Below are positions 39,083 to 53,440 of a DNA stretch of 64,000 nt, piece by piece (within the stretch, counting starts at the first letter, position 1; each line of letters starts with the position of its first letter). The notes below the pieces were generated by a model that did no database searches, had not been told where the DNA came from, and worked only from the letters and a program-made list of their open reading frames with translations. The stretch spans positions 1,337,693-1,401,692 of the forward strand of contig NW_002060953.1 of assembly GCF_000150275.1 (NCBI RefSeq), written 5' to 3'. The stretch is from Trichoplax adhaerens (lineage: Eukaryota > Animalia > Placozoa). The translations under genes were made by a program, and so were the position numbers.

Positions 39083-42000
39083 GCTGCCAATACATTATTA
39101 CTTCAACTTTGTTTCCAGATTCTAACCATTACTATATTCATTTTATATTTTCCCAGAATGATAGATATTTATAGTTTATTGAGTAATATTGAGGCATCAG
39201 TTTGGATTTATTACATGATTTAATCTAGCATTCACTGTAAAAAGATCTAGATTATGTTCTCGTCGATAGTTATGCATCCATGGAAAGGAGATCAGCTTAG
39301 GATTAATGAAAGAAAAAGACCTTATAACTAAAAATTTTTCGAATATCTACTTCTAAAATTAAGTTTCACTATATTACAAGATTCCTGAAACAGCAGCGAG
39401 ATCTCTAAATTTAATCGTTTTGTAAAGACTATCTGATGGTTGTATTTATCACTAATGAGAGATTTGTTACACCTCCTATATGCTTATTAATCGAAACTTA
39501 ATTTGCATACAAAGTAATATAACCGTACATACTGCAATGTATTTTATGTTAATCGGTAATAATCAGTCATACTTTATTTAGTCTTTGCATGAAGAACTAA
39601 AGACATTCTAGTATATATTGCATAAAACTTAATTTAACTTGTATTTCATTTACTGTATATTTGCAGTTTGATGGTTAATTATCCAATATACTATACTATT
39701 TCATTTAATCTTTACGCTACATTGCTACAAAGAATTTAATTAATCTAAAATTGATAGATTTACTAAATAGCAGGTAGAAAACGTATTACATTACCTGGCT
39801 TAAACTATGACTAAAATTTTTAGCATGAACTGTAACATTTTGAACATTTCAATTTCAGCAATACTAATATAATGATATTGGAAATTATTGTTTTATTTGA
39901 AATTAGGCTAGATGCATTCAATAGTCTTCAACACACAATAGAACTGAAACCTTCAAAATTCTTTTCTAACCTTTTGCCAAAAGATAATGGCTCCATAATA
40001 CGAATAACAATGTATCTAAGTTTCTACAATAAATATTATCTAGCAGCTGTTGTTTATAATTGACGTTTAACTTAAATAGACTGATATTGATATGAATTAC
40101 ATAATCTAGCGAATTCATCTATTTAGATTTCAACGCAGAAATTAAAGATGTGCTCTCCGAAAATTTATTATATTGGTGATTCAATAATATATTAGCTACT
40201 GAATTTTTGTCAATTACAAATTTGCTACGAAGTGACGTGTGGCTATACTTTAAATCAATAGTTTAAGACTTTTAAATGTGTACCTAACTTAATTATATTT
40301 GTTTTTCTGCCATCTATTATATCATGTAGCCTTACAAAGAAATAAAAGCAATTAATTCAGTTATAATACACAGCAGTACGAACTTTTGTTTTATTTGCAA
40401 ATCGTACGTCTACTATCTTTACAAGGCGTCGTAGATGAAATAAATTCAAAAAAGAACCGATGATTCTTCAGTTTATCGGGCTTTATAACAGTTGATTTGA
40501 AATCTGATACAAAGTAAATTCAATAAATATACTGCATTCACACATGTTCATAGCTATGCAGAATCATGTTTCGAACTAATCAATTTTAATATTATTCTAG
40601 ATATAAATTTCAAGAACTATCTTAATTTTACTGATATTTTGACTAAAAATTGTTTTACTCTAAATCGATTATAGGCAGATCGTTACAATATGAAGAGAAT
40701 TAAATATTTAAAACGTTTAAATCGCATGTACCGTTATCGTAGGACAATTGTCATCGAAAATAGCCGAATATGTAACTTAAAATAGCTAAATAAGTAATTT
40801 AATAAAGCACAGTATTGAATATGGATTATTTTTTCCATTTACAGCTAAAAGAAACATTAAACTAGTTGAATAATTACTTCACATACTTATAAATATTACA
40901 CTGTAGAAGTATTACTTATTAAATTGCAATCGATTAAAATTTGAATTATTAATGAACAGCTATTGCTTTCCAATAACTGAATCTTATTTATATGTGTATC
41001 ACATCCATTAAAATAAAGCGTCTAAAATTTTTCAATACAAAATTAAAGCGATTAATATTAATTAACGTAAACCATTACCCTTAAAAATCAGCTTTGCAGT
41101 AGTATATATCATCAATAAATTTATAACTATACATTTAGAATAACATGAAATCATCGTATCTATGTTTTCAACTAGATTATGCGCTAAAGGTATAAACAGT
41201 GCATGTGTACTATACATGCCGTTAAATTTAAATTACACAAAATTTTAAAATTTAATTAATATAATATAATAGTTAAATAGAGTAACGGAAAATTATTTTC
41301 AACTCCCTGATGTCTTTTGAACGAATAACAGCAATACTTCCATACTCTCAGGTATACTTAGCTCTTTATTTTTATTATCTGACCTCTTGCAAGGCACATT
41401 TTTGCCGTAGTTATAGGTACAACAGTTTTCTTCTCTATGATTGTAAGAGGTTGTAGCACTCCGAAACAATAATGTACCGACAAAGTTACAGAACATGTTT
41501 GTGAATTCATAAAATATTAGAAAAGGCTGTTTTTATTACAATAATTTAGAACCGGTCATTAATTCAATGACTTGCTGGATCTACAGTTTCGTGAGAATTA
41601 AATCTATTGTTAATAATACAAAGTATTTATACTTTTTAAACGTCGTAATCCATACTTGTGTTTAGGACGTCTAAAATTTTATATTTGTTACCATAAGACC
41701 GCTTTTTAGTAACGCCATCTAAAGAAAGAAAGTTAGAGGTTGAGTACTGGATTGTACTATGCTAATTAATTTTATCTTACAATCCCGAAATCGAATAAAA
41801 AATATTTCTTTAGCGGCATTCAATTCATATGCCAAGACATTTTTACGACATCAATGAAATTGACAGCTAAGATTTCATTAATGGATAAGAAATATTTAAG
41901 AGTTTTGATCATTTGGTAAAGGTACAGGTTTTACCAATTACAATAATACGCTAGATATAGCGTTACCCTATTATATAATTTTTACTTTGTGAAAATTAAT

Positions 42001-42086
42001 GATCATTCATTCATAGTATGTCTATCGCCACATAATGAGGAGGAATATATTTCAATTAGTCAATATTTTACCTGTTCCAATACTAT

Positions 42087-42635
42087 TGGGGTAAATCCGA
42101 TCACTAAGATTCAAAATTTGTAGAAAACTAGAACTTTAGTAGATCTAAAACAAAGATTAGCTACACGAAGCTCTACTCTAACGAATACAGCTACTGTAAG
42201 AGTTTTACAAAGAACAATCAGATAATCTAATGTCGCTTGCTTTATACTCTGTAGTATTCACATCTACAATCAGCGTAGCAATATTTAATCTTCCTTCAAA
42301 CTTAATTAAATCATTATTAGTAACACCTTTTTACTGCCTCTCATCATTAATCCAATATGGAAACGATAACAGCAACTGTGTAGACATTATTCCTGCTGCT
42401 CAAAGTGCAATAAACGAATCATATCCTAATATATGATTTGCAGTTCTATTTTTACTCCTAACCTTATTAGTAGCTCATTATCCTACTATATATAGTCATC
42501 TGTACTCTAGCAGAGTCTGTCATTACAGTCTATAATTATGGGCTTCTAAATATATCATGAGATAAAAATGATACTATCGTATATCACCCTAAACATGCCT
42601 GATAGTCTGCAATGATAATACTAAGTCACTTTACA
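42087..42635 (-). mobile_element. Family A solo LTR, older diverged copy
   Basis: Collinear with 2384-2935 throughout. Ends TGGGGT...TTACA. Flanks ACTAT/ACTGC (3/5). Confidence 0.8.
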
Positions 42636-44450
42636 ACTGCAAACTTGATTAAACGCTTACAGTTAAGAAATATTAACTTGATACCTCTTGATATAAATAA
42701 AATCAGATATTCTGTGCTATCCATTGTCGAAACCACCTATTTACGGTAAAAAATAAAGGAATCATATGATATAGTCTATTAGATATTACTGTACTCTTAG
42801 AAGCCTTATAGTATTATAGGATCATATAAAATAATGAAACTATTAACATTCTTTCTATTGCTATTTGTAATCCATTATAATAGTCACGGTGTTAAAAGCT
42901 AGATTATTACACTTTACACTTATTATTTGATTTTAGTGCTCTCATGAATTCCTTGCAATTTAGAACTTGATAGTAACTGTTAGGCGTTATGCAAAAGTAA
43001 TTGACCTTATTCGGTACACTGGTTAATAGATATTAAAATAATTGACCTAGCTCAGAAGAAAACTAAAAAATATCAAAGCGAGCTTTCATTTCTGAATTCT
43101 GGTTGACGAATCGAATATAAATAATGCAATTAATTGATAGGTTTTACAATTTTATGCCTAAACCTCAATTAAATAGTATAGAAGTATAGGAGCCATTTTC
43201 TCTAAAAATGAAGTGAAGGAATCAAGGCATATGAGATAGTCTCCCACAGTAATATAGAGCAAATTTCCTGGCTAATTAATGATTACAGCTAATTTTGTCA
43301 TGATATCTTCGATATTGGTATATAATTTTATAGCACTTGTACTAAATGTACAGAAAATCATTGATCAACCTATTAGACTTCGTCAGCACTGAGAAAAACA
43401 GCATACGAGTAAGCTAAAACTGATATTATACTCGAAGCTGATTGCATCATAATTATAAATAAAAATTTGCTTTAACATCCTGTATCTATTAAAAAACAAG
43501 TATAGAATAGTACTATTAATTACGTTGTCGGTAACCTGTAAAAAGTAAAGATAATTCTGGTGATAATGCAGCATATTGATATATTAACGAAATCAGGTAA
43601 GATTCATTTAATACTAAAATAATATCAATAAATAAACGGAGTATTGCAAAAAATTCCTTCTACTAAAATATTGATGTTTTGCTCGCAAGCAAGTTATTGC
43701 TGTTATCCTGACACTGAGCTCAACTTTATATAAATAGAAATTTCATGTTAATAAAAATTAAATACCTGTCTTTCACCAAAAGATGTTGCACAGGTCTGCA
43801 TACTAAATTCATATGAAAGCTATCTTGTGACGTATCAAAGATTTGTCCAACTAGACGCAAGTCTTTCATCCATCTATTTCTAAAGTTGCTCACGTAAATC
43901 GAACCTTTTATCATTACATCGACTTGAAATATTAATGGGTAGCAAGCAAATTACAAGCTACCATGAAAGACTTAAGCATAAAAATTTTAATCTTCGTTAT
44001 ACTACAACACAAACTGCCACGATCTCAAAATATTAACTACTCAAGTTTGACTTGTGATGATATCAAGGCTTTTATTGATTTAATTTATTAAAGTATACTG
44101 TGTTGTAAGATTTGCTTACTAGCTATGTTTCCTTCAGTAGTCAAAGGACTATAAAAATTCTCAAGTCTTATAAAGCGTAATAAAAGTACTAGAAAAGCCG
44201 TAATTCTCACTATTGCAGCTGTGAAGATATATTTAGAACTAAATTGTATGTAAAAATAATTGGATTAAAGTTAGCAATAATAAACAGACATAAAATATGG
44301 GTACATTTAAGTTATGGTAAACAAATTGATCTTAGTTCCCAGAGTATATAACTGTTGCAAAAAATTTTATTGCAGTATATGAGTATAAAATGACATCTAA
44401 GAATGTGATTCGAAAATTTTTGCTTATATTCGTAAATATATAAGACAAAT

Positions 44451-45020
44451 TGTCACGGTATGAACCACCGTGAAGGGTAAATGACTAAATTCAAAGTTTA
44501 ACAGTTACATATGGAAAAAAGTAATGATGACTTTAAAGTTAGAACTGCGTTAGTTATTATTTTGTTACAGTAAACTATGCTGTATTGTAGTAAAAGTTCT
44601 CATAAGGTAACCAATATTGACTGATGATAGTGTTATGTCTTGTAACGCTTGTAATGGATATCCTGAAGATATTCAATTATAGATGATACCATAAATAATT
44701 CTGTGCGTGGACATGCTGTAGTCTAATGATGTAAAATCGTTCAGTACATGTCCAAAATTATGAATAATATCTGTTTTAATTTAGCTATCCAATATGAGCT
44801 AAATTTCATGAACTGTTACGAATCATACGTGATAGCTGTTGACGAAGGGTATTTAAGCTCGGCAGATAGTTTAATAGAAGAAAAGTCATACAGTTCTTTT
44901 AACGTAGAAGCAAAGGCATCTAAATTCTTGTAAGACAGTTAAGGGATACTGAATCCTGGAGACAAGAGTAATTTGGAGATTTGTTTTACGTTATCTTTGT
45001 GAGGAAGCTGATTTGTAACA
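44451..45020 (+). mobile_element. Family C solo LTR (570 bp)
   Basis: TGTCACGG...TGTAACA with perfect TSD CAAAT (44446-44450, 45021-45025). Confidence 0.88.
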
Positions 45021-45607
45021 CAAATATAGAGCTTCGATATCTTAGAGCTGTAAATTTTTTTCTCTTTATACAAGATCTTATTAATCTATCCTTAAATCAC
45101 TTATATCTTGAACACATAATAAAGTTCGTTATATCCCCAATCCTTTGCGCTTATATATTGCACGTATACATGCAGATAAGAATGTGATATGCAGCAACTA
45201 CATTTAGCTTTGCACATTATATCACCAGGTATTTTTGTTCGAGTTTCTACACCATATAAATAACTGTTTGTAATATCTAGGCTCATAAATAAAATTCTGA
45301 TATGATTTAGATTCCATGTAGAGAATTTGCCCGAGAAGCTACTGCGTGCACACATGCGAAACTAGAGTTTTCCTTATTTTTTTAGACTTATGCTAAACTT
45401 ATATTGACATAATAGCAAGCTTGGTAAATTGTTCGCTATATGAACAATCAACAAGAATGTTTAAATGTTTAAAATTAAAATCAATGAATAGCAAATTAAT
45501 TCTAAAGCCACATTTGTTCTTTGCCTTTTAAGGTTATCTTAAAAAAGTCGGAATCAATTCGAGTAGACGATTCCTGAAATTTTCCTTTTTATCAGCTACA
45601 AGCTGGG

Positions 45608-46158
45608 TGTGATATATACCAATCACGAGATTCCAAATTTTAGAAAAATAAGGGCTTTATTGAATCTTATACAAAGATTAATTACGCACAGCTCTACTTT
45701 AGCCGAATACTACTACTAAAGACTTCTACAACGAACTAACAGAATAATATAAAGTTGCATGCTTTTATACTTTCCGTAGCATTCGCAGCTACAATCCGCA
45801 TGGCAAACTTTTACCTTATTTTACACATAGTTAAATTATTCTTAGTAAGACTATTCTACTGCGGACCTTCATTAATCCAATATGGATATGACTACAGTAC
45901 TTGCGTAGATATTATTCACACCAGCCAAAGTACAATGAATTAACCATATCCCAATATATAATTTACAGTTCTATTTTTACCTTTAGCCTTATTAGTAACT
46001 CAACACCTTAATGTATATAGCCATCTGTACTCTAGCATAGAGTCTCTACCACTACAGTCTATATTTATAGCTACCAAATATCTCTTAGGATAAATATGTA
46101 CCGTACATTATACTAAACACGGCTAATAGTCTACAATCACAATACTAGTTACATTACA
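45608..46158 (-). mobile_element. Family A solo LTR
   Basis: TGTGAT...ATTACA with perfect TSD CTGGG (45603-45607, 46159-46163). Confidence 0.9.
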
Positions 46159-47697
46159 CTGGGGTAAATATAGGAGACAACACCACCCTGCGATTTTATC
46201 CTCACTTCAAATCTACTAAAGTTATAGGAAATGCTAAGATTTATCTCTTCCATTATTTTCTTTTTAATTTTCGACGTTATACAGATAGTGAATAATATCA
46301 AAAAAAAAATTCCAAATGATTTGCAGAAATATAATTATTTATTTGAGGCCATCTTAAAATAATTTTATTCAAATAAAATCCGGTTGACGTTAGAAGGATC
46401 AGCTACATGATGTTTAGCCTCTAAAGGAACCAAAGATAGCAGTACTCTGAAATTAATATAATAACTAGAGTTGGTAATATACATTTACAAAAACATTTCG
46501 AAGTACTGTAAGTTAAAGAACTTCTATGCTGTTTCTCTGCTTTTTAAGTACCTAAACCATGGAGCAGTAATATCTACTTTAACAATATTTGAGACCGTTG
46601 ATGATGATACAAAGATTTAGGTTTAGTTTTCATAAAATATACGAAATATAGATAGACTAGTCAACATTTGACTGCTAGCAAACCATGCCTTTTACCTACA
46701 TGATCTTCTTAACTAAATTCTCTCGTATTACAAAAACTGATCACGAGCACAAATATTAACAAAGCAGATGCTCATATTAGTTATTCAGATTTATAAGTAC
46801 TGCATGTAATCTGCACATCCCGAAAAATTCATTATTCCTTTTATGAATTTAAAGAAGGTAGTTCTAATTTAACGATAGTATTAGCAAAAATTGCTATTAG
46901 AAACGCAGCATAATTCCGTTATAAATTATGAGTAAGGACTTTTATTTAAGAGTTCACTTAAATTAAAGACTGAATCTCATTTATAAATTTGACTTACATC
47001 CGATTTTACAACAATTTTTAGACAAACATATCATTTGTTAAATTACCAAGAAATGGCTGATAAGTTCAAAGCGATTGATAAGAATAGTGATTAGAAATTG
47101 CATTATTAATTTTAAATGTTCATTACCATCATGATTATTCTATCACATGGTTTTTAGAAATATGATGCAACATTCTATCAACTCAATGAATCAACGAAAA
47201 TTTAAATAATAGATTGAAACTCAAACATTCCTGTAGGAATATTATTTGCTTAAATTAAAATCAGATATATTGTAATAGGATTTTGCATCTTTAATATCTC
47301 TTTAAATAGTTCAGAGATAAACTATGCGACCGTTTGCTTTACTCTCAATAACTATGGCAATGTATCGTTTAGATTAGAATATGGACTGACTAGAACACAG
47401 CTAATGCTACCTTTTTGGCAGTAATATATATCAGTATCTAATCTAGGATGATCATTATAATTTTAAACTTTTATATAGTTCATAGATTAAATCCAAATTT
47501 GCATTTGGGAATATAAGTTTTGTAACATTATCAGTAATGTTAGGAGCATTTTACAGCAGTATCGTAGCTACGGTATACCACGCAAATAGAATCTCACTAA
47601 AAAAATGATGTAACAGACTATTATACCTTAAATTAGCGCGCGAATACAATATTGATATAAAATCATAGAATACAACAATATTATACAGCCAAGAGTT

Positions 47698-48699
47698 TTA
47701 TTTTACACTTGATGACGGACAGGCTTTATTTTCTCCCATGACCTTGCTACTAGAATATGTAGTATTTTTTCCTGGTTTAACGCGAATTCGACTGCTATTT
47801 GATTGATGTAGTGTACTTACTATGGCTTCCCTCAAGCTAGTAACATAATATGCGTATAGAATAGGATTAATAGCCGGTACAGCAAAGGCTACAATAAAGA
47901 GTAATCTTAAAATTAAAGCAAGGCTACGGCCCAATTTTGGATTAGAATGCGACATTAGATAAACAGTTATAAACGGTAAGAAAGCTATGATGTAGAAGGT
48001 TGTAATAACAGCCATTTGTTGTGCAGCTTTAATGTTTTTTGCGATCATATTAGATTTATATTGAGTTACGTTGTTTTTTTGATGAAATATAATGCTGCTT
48101 CTAGATTTAATAATATAAAAAATTCTTAGGTAACAAAATACAATAACAGCCATGGGCATGAGTATAAATGTAGTTGTTAGTCCTACTAAATAATCCATTC
48201 GCAAATCGGTACTATTCAATTGACTTTGGCATTGATTGATAGGATCTTGCCCGAAAGTAACCGTAGCTGGCAGAAGAGCTGTTAGAATCGACGTTAGCCA
48301 AACCAGCAATAATATGATAATGACATATCTCGTCTGTGCGCGAAGTTTATATTGAAATGGTCTTGTTACCGCCATGTAGCGATCTATACAAACCAGACAT
48401 TGATGCATATTTAGATTAATCACAAATGCTGTTCCCACTGCTGGTAAAATGTAGCAGAAAAAAGAATCGCCGATAAATGCTGCAAATGCCCAACGAGGTA
48501 AAATATAAATGGAGGCACTTAAAACGCCAACTAAAAACATACTGGATAGTATTGTAAATATCACAGATTTTAGTTTCTTATTAGAAAGTATCACCAAAAC
48601 CATAAACAAATTGGTGACAATAGTTGTAGAGCCAAGACAAATGCCAATAATATCAGCTTGCGGACCCTGTACTGTTTCATTGGTTTTATTACTTTCCAT
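47698..48699 (-). CDS. Intronless class A GPCR, 333 aa, divergent and inverted paralog 6
   Basis: ATG-started ORF with 7 TM segments, YILPRW, NLNMHQCLVCIDRY, ECL2 Cys (INQC), AFLP and VPAINPILY. Confidence 0.94.
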   Translation of the reverse strand: MESNKTNETVQGPQADIIGICLGSTTIVTNLFMVLVILSNKKLKSVIFTILSSMFLVGVLSASIYILPRWAFAAFIGDSFFCYILPAVGTAFVINLNMHQCLVCIDRYMAVTRPFQYKLRAQTRYVIIILLLVWLTSILTALLPATVTFGQDPINQCQSQLNSTDLRMDYLVGLTTTFILMPMAVIVFCYLRIFYIIKSRSSIIFHQKNNVTQYKSNMIAKNIKAAQQMAVITTFYIIAFLPFITVYLMSHSNPKLGRSLALILRLLFIVAFAVPAINPILYAYYVTSLREAIVSTLHQSNSSRIRVKPGKNTTYSSSKVMGENKACPSSSVK

Positions 48700-51023
48700 G
48701 TTTCTTATCTTTAACGATTTCGTTTACTATTTCTTACCAAAATTTAGCCACCATAAATCCTTTAGAGTACTGTATATCTTGTATGGAATAATGCAGCATA
48801 CGCTTGATCTATTTAGGAAAAATAATAATCTTAACTTGAAAAAAGAAAGTGATATAGCTTAAAATGAAATAAAATAATAGCGTGCGAAAGGAATATAACA
48901 AAATTTTTCTTTTTCACTATTGTGTTCGTAGCAAAAAAATAACTTTATTGCCAAATAGATTTTGATGTTATCTCCGAGAATGAATCAAACATCGCGTTAA
49001 GTGTCCATGTACTGAAGAAAGATAATAGTATTAACGAAAGTTTTCGCAGAGGCTGATTCTTTATATTTAACAGTAATCAATTATTTAAATCATGGTGGCC
49101 TAGATAATTAATTTTTAATTACCTAATTTTTAGCATTAAAGAAAATATGGCAGTCTTTGTTATGCAAAAATTCAATTTCCTTCTTATCTTCTAGGTAATA
49201 CAACTAAGTTTGATAGCAATTTCAGCTTTCTTGTCAACTACTTTTTTTTATTCAATAAAACACATTTTTCAATACATCATAAATCATTGTATCAACTTTA
49301 TTCCCAAATTTATACAAATGGCGGAAGACTTAGACTATGGATTATAGACAGATAAGCTGCCTTTAACATAGATTAATTAAGTCTAGCGAGTTTGACGTAG
49401 GCAAATATGTAAAACCATAATAAATTATACTATGTAAAAATTAGACATTAAAAAAGAAATTTCGGAGAGCAGACGAAAAGAAAATATTGTCATGGAGATG
49501 AAACAATCATCAATTTCTGTAGTTTGCTAAGTTTTGCTACAGTGAATAAATAAAATTGAATGAAATAAAATTGATATGACTATCGGCTTTAAAGTATCAC
49601 TTTCAAGAAATAATGGGATGAAATAGGCATCTGATAAGATATGTTGCATATTGGAATTATTCTATGATAATGTTATACTAGAATTTTTAATATACTTTAT
49701 TATCTTACAATGAGTTCGAGCAAAATTCCGAATAATTTAACACATTGCAATCTTTATACGATATAAAGATTGATAAACAAAGGATTACTCCTCGTCCCCA
49801 TAGCTCATCACGTAAACCTGTAAAATATAAAACGCGATGATTAATGGGTGAAATTAGAATAAAAATGTAGCTATTGTTGCTTTCTTTTCAGGCACTAATA
49901 GAATAGGTCTTGAAATTTGAGATTTTCAATTTTAATGAATCCACTTAATTTATCAAAGCATCTTGTTATAAGATGCAAGAAATCATTTATAAAGCAGAAA
50001 TGCACAGTAAAATCGTCTGTGTGAATTGAATAAACTTTAGATATTTAAATTTTTAACTATGAAAACGAGCCCTTTAGCAGTATTTCTTAATTATATAATT
50101 TTCCGTTGCTTAGTAACGGTCTATAGATTATATTTTTTACTGCAAGATTTTGAAATAATTAAGATTTTGGTTAGCTAATTGCGAGATATACATATTCTAG
50201 TGACCATGACCTTGCAACTTAATAATAGGGTATCTTCTCATTTAGCTCCAAAATATTCTTCCATATTTTCAAAACCTTGTATTAATTAATTTTCTTGTAA
50301 ATAAGTAAATACAAGAGCTGTAACTAGTCAATTTTTAACCAACGATAGTTCTAATTTCTGGCATATAGGCATTCTGTAATAAACAGAGATGTATTTATTA
50401 CTGACATAAAAGGATATTTATCAAATAGCAATTATCAAAAATGATAAAATTTACTGCACCTCGAAAACCTATTTCATCAGTAAAAAGTACAATAAGAACA
50501 CTTGAAATACTTCATTTTTGGATATTGTTATGGGAAAAGATGGCTATTGATTTACCTTTGTGCGTCATGAGAGTTGATCACTAAGTGAATCTAGATAAAC
50601 TATATACATGCTGATTGACCTTCATAATTATTTTTAACAGGTAAGACAAATATCATTGGTGTATAAATTCTATCCCATGTGCTATTGCTACATTACGTGG
50701 CGTCTTAACTTCCACAGTAAAGTAAAATTATATGTTCTTACGTTAAGCTAACAGCAAAATTGGAGGCTATAACGATAAAACAACGATTCTTTAGCCATAC
50801 ATATTGTGGCCAGCCGTAACGTCCAAGTCGAAATATCGACTATCCGCTTACAGTTTGAATGCAGAAGTAATCCAAATAATTGCATATTTCTGTAGACTAA
50901 GTTTTAGAACCTAATAACCTTCCGATTTGCAGTATATTCCTATTTCAACTATATAATCATTACTAATCGTTGATAAAGATAATTTAACAAAATTAACTAT
51001 TATTGAAAGTTGCAGTAGGTACT

Positions 51024-51655
51024 AGTTACAGTGTTATACTCTGTAATATCGAGACTATAGTAGAAACATATATATTACAATAATTTTGTTGACTTACCCT
51101 TATATGAAGAGTTTCTAGTATAGATATGTGATATTTAAATATAGCACTAGCTTTTATGGTGATATATACAGCCTTCTGAAATTAATAGTTTAATTAGGGA
51201 ATCGAGAATAATCTTCTTATAATTTAAATCACTGTGATTGTAATTTACTTATGGTAGATTGTAGATTATCGTAGAAATGTTCCGTGATAGGACATATTGT
51301 AATCAGACAATTTTGTATTAGTCATCCCATGCCTACGTTCGTAAATACTGTTGTCTTCAATAGGTAGCGGTATATAAAATTAGTTTTTTGATCCATTATC
51401 AGGTTTCAACGTTAATATTACTAACTAGGATGTCTTTGTTATTGTAAAAGAGTGTATAAATGCGATAAATCGTATAATAAAGTGAGTTCTTATGATTAGT
51501 GTTTAATGTAAGATTCGAGGTGTCTAAGTCTTTTTGTAGTCTATCAGTGTAGGAAAAGTGTTTCTGAATGAGATACTGTTCCCTGATACGTGGTTCAGGG
51601 AATCGACTGGTTGACTGTGCATTACTTCATCTTGTTGCAAAGCTGTTTTGTAACA
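51024..51655 (+). mobile_element. Family B solo LTR (632 bp)
   Basis: AGTTACA...TGTAACA with perfect TSD GTACT (51019-51023, 51656-51660). Confidence 0.86.
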
Positions 51656-52813
51656 GTACTTTAGGTTGAGCAGTTATGGAAAGCCATGTTCTAATACAAG
51701 TAGTGGTATGTCGTATATTTGACTATGTTGATAAGTTTATTAGACATTAGTAGCAGATTAGTTATTTTTTAAGCGTTTTGATTCGAGCGATGAAGTATAT
51801 AGATTGGCTATCGCGGAGTTTATGGAATGATTCAGGTTTAATCCCTGGCGACTTTATTCACCCTAATAGACGGAACTAAATATATTTAAGTAAGTCTATA
51901 TGATATTTACTTTGAGCTCAAGATTTGATATCGTACTTTAAATTGTAGTTAAATATTGTTGCTCTCTACGCTGAAACTATGTAATAAAAGATTATTTGAT
52001 TTCTGACTCCAATGATACATATATTAAACATTCTATTTTTTTAAATATATTTTTAGATTAGATCGAATAATTGAGACACTTTTATAACAGTATTTCAAAT
52101 TCATCTAACGAAAATTATGCCTATTTAATTTTCTGTATACCGAAAGTTCCAGCATGTCTCGTTCCTTTCGTGCATTAAAATACTGTCTTTTTATTTCTAG
52201 CATTATACAAGCGGTAGAATAACAGGTGTGAGAGTTTCACGTTTAGAAATTAAATTTCAACTCTAATCGCAATCCTTCCATAGTAAATACGGGTATATCA
52301 TAACATTAGAAAGCTGTAACATTTACTACTTAAAAAAATTGGCTGTTTAGCTATTAGTATTAATAAACTACGTCAATTTCCAACTGCACTACCTTTAGCG
52401 ACTATTTTATTTTATTTATTATTATGATGGCCTACATGTCCGAAATTTTAACATAATGTGCCATGATCTAAAGCTTGAGAGGCTCTTACACCAGATTTTA
52501 TCGTTTAAATTAACGTTACTTATTTCTGGGTAGATTCACAGTTCTACTTGTATTTTCAGTAAACTCAATTTTATTTAGTTTTGGTCATACTGTAGTTCAA
52601 ATACTAGTCTAATTTTAGTACTCATACTATCCATCGACGTAAGAGTCTGTAGACTGTAAGCTGTACCACTATAGACTAATGAGGAAAAATGAAGCATTAC
52701 CATTCCAAATGCATGAAACCCACGCAGCCTGACCGTCTTGATATGAAATTATATGCACTCAAGTTAGCATTACGTCAATTGCGAATTGGTATATTAAATT
52801 TAAAATTATTACC

Positions 52814-53364
52814 TACGGTAAAATTGATCATGAAATTCTGAAGTTTTTAGAAGATTAGAACGTTATTAAATCTTTAAATAAAGATAGTCTACACAAATTC
52901 TACTCAAGCCAAATACTATTGACTTTAAAAAAACTCCTAAATAACGATAAGGAGCTTACTTGTATACTCATCGTAGCGTTTCTACTATAATACGCATAGC
53001 GGTATTCTATCTTATTCTGTAATTATTTTAGGTTTAAGTAAGCGACAACATGCGCTATAGTAAATCACTTACAATTTATCCTTGTAATTGTAACAGTATT
53101 TATAAATGCTTTTTCTGACTAGTCACAGTGGTATGAGCTACTCTTACAGTAATAAATGTGTTACGTGTCTACTTTAGTTCTAGTATCAAAAATGACTCAA
53201 CGTTCTCCTTTATATGGTCATCTAGTTCTGATATAGAATCTTGATTTACGGTCTATGATTATCAACTAGCAAATAGGACTGCAATAAATAAAATAACTTC
53301 GCTATCGTACACCATAAAATGCTTTCCTATAACCTATAATCTAACACTAAGTTAGGTTTTAACA
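52814..53364 (-). mobile_element. Family A-like solo LTR, highly decayed
   Basis: GATCATGAAATTC...TTATTAAATCTT...AAAGATAGTCTACAC matches the family A end and patchy similarity continues to ...TTTAACA. No TSD is recognisable. Confidence 0.6.
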
Positions 53365-53440
53365 TCATACACTACAGTAATAAGAATTGAAACTTATTTC
53401 ATATTAAGAATTTGCGATTTTAGAAAGTAATCAGAGAATA

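Noticed and set aside
5330-48699. Receptors as opsins, given the missing Na+ pocket
   Set aside because: Position 7.43 is Phe, not the retinal-binding Lys, and no opsin-specific motifs are recognised.
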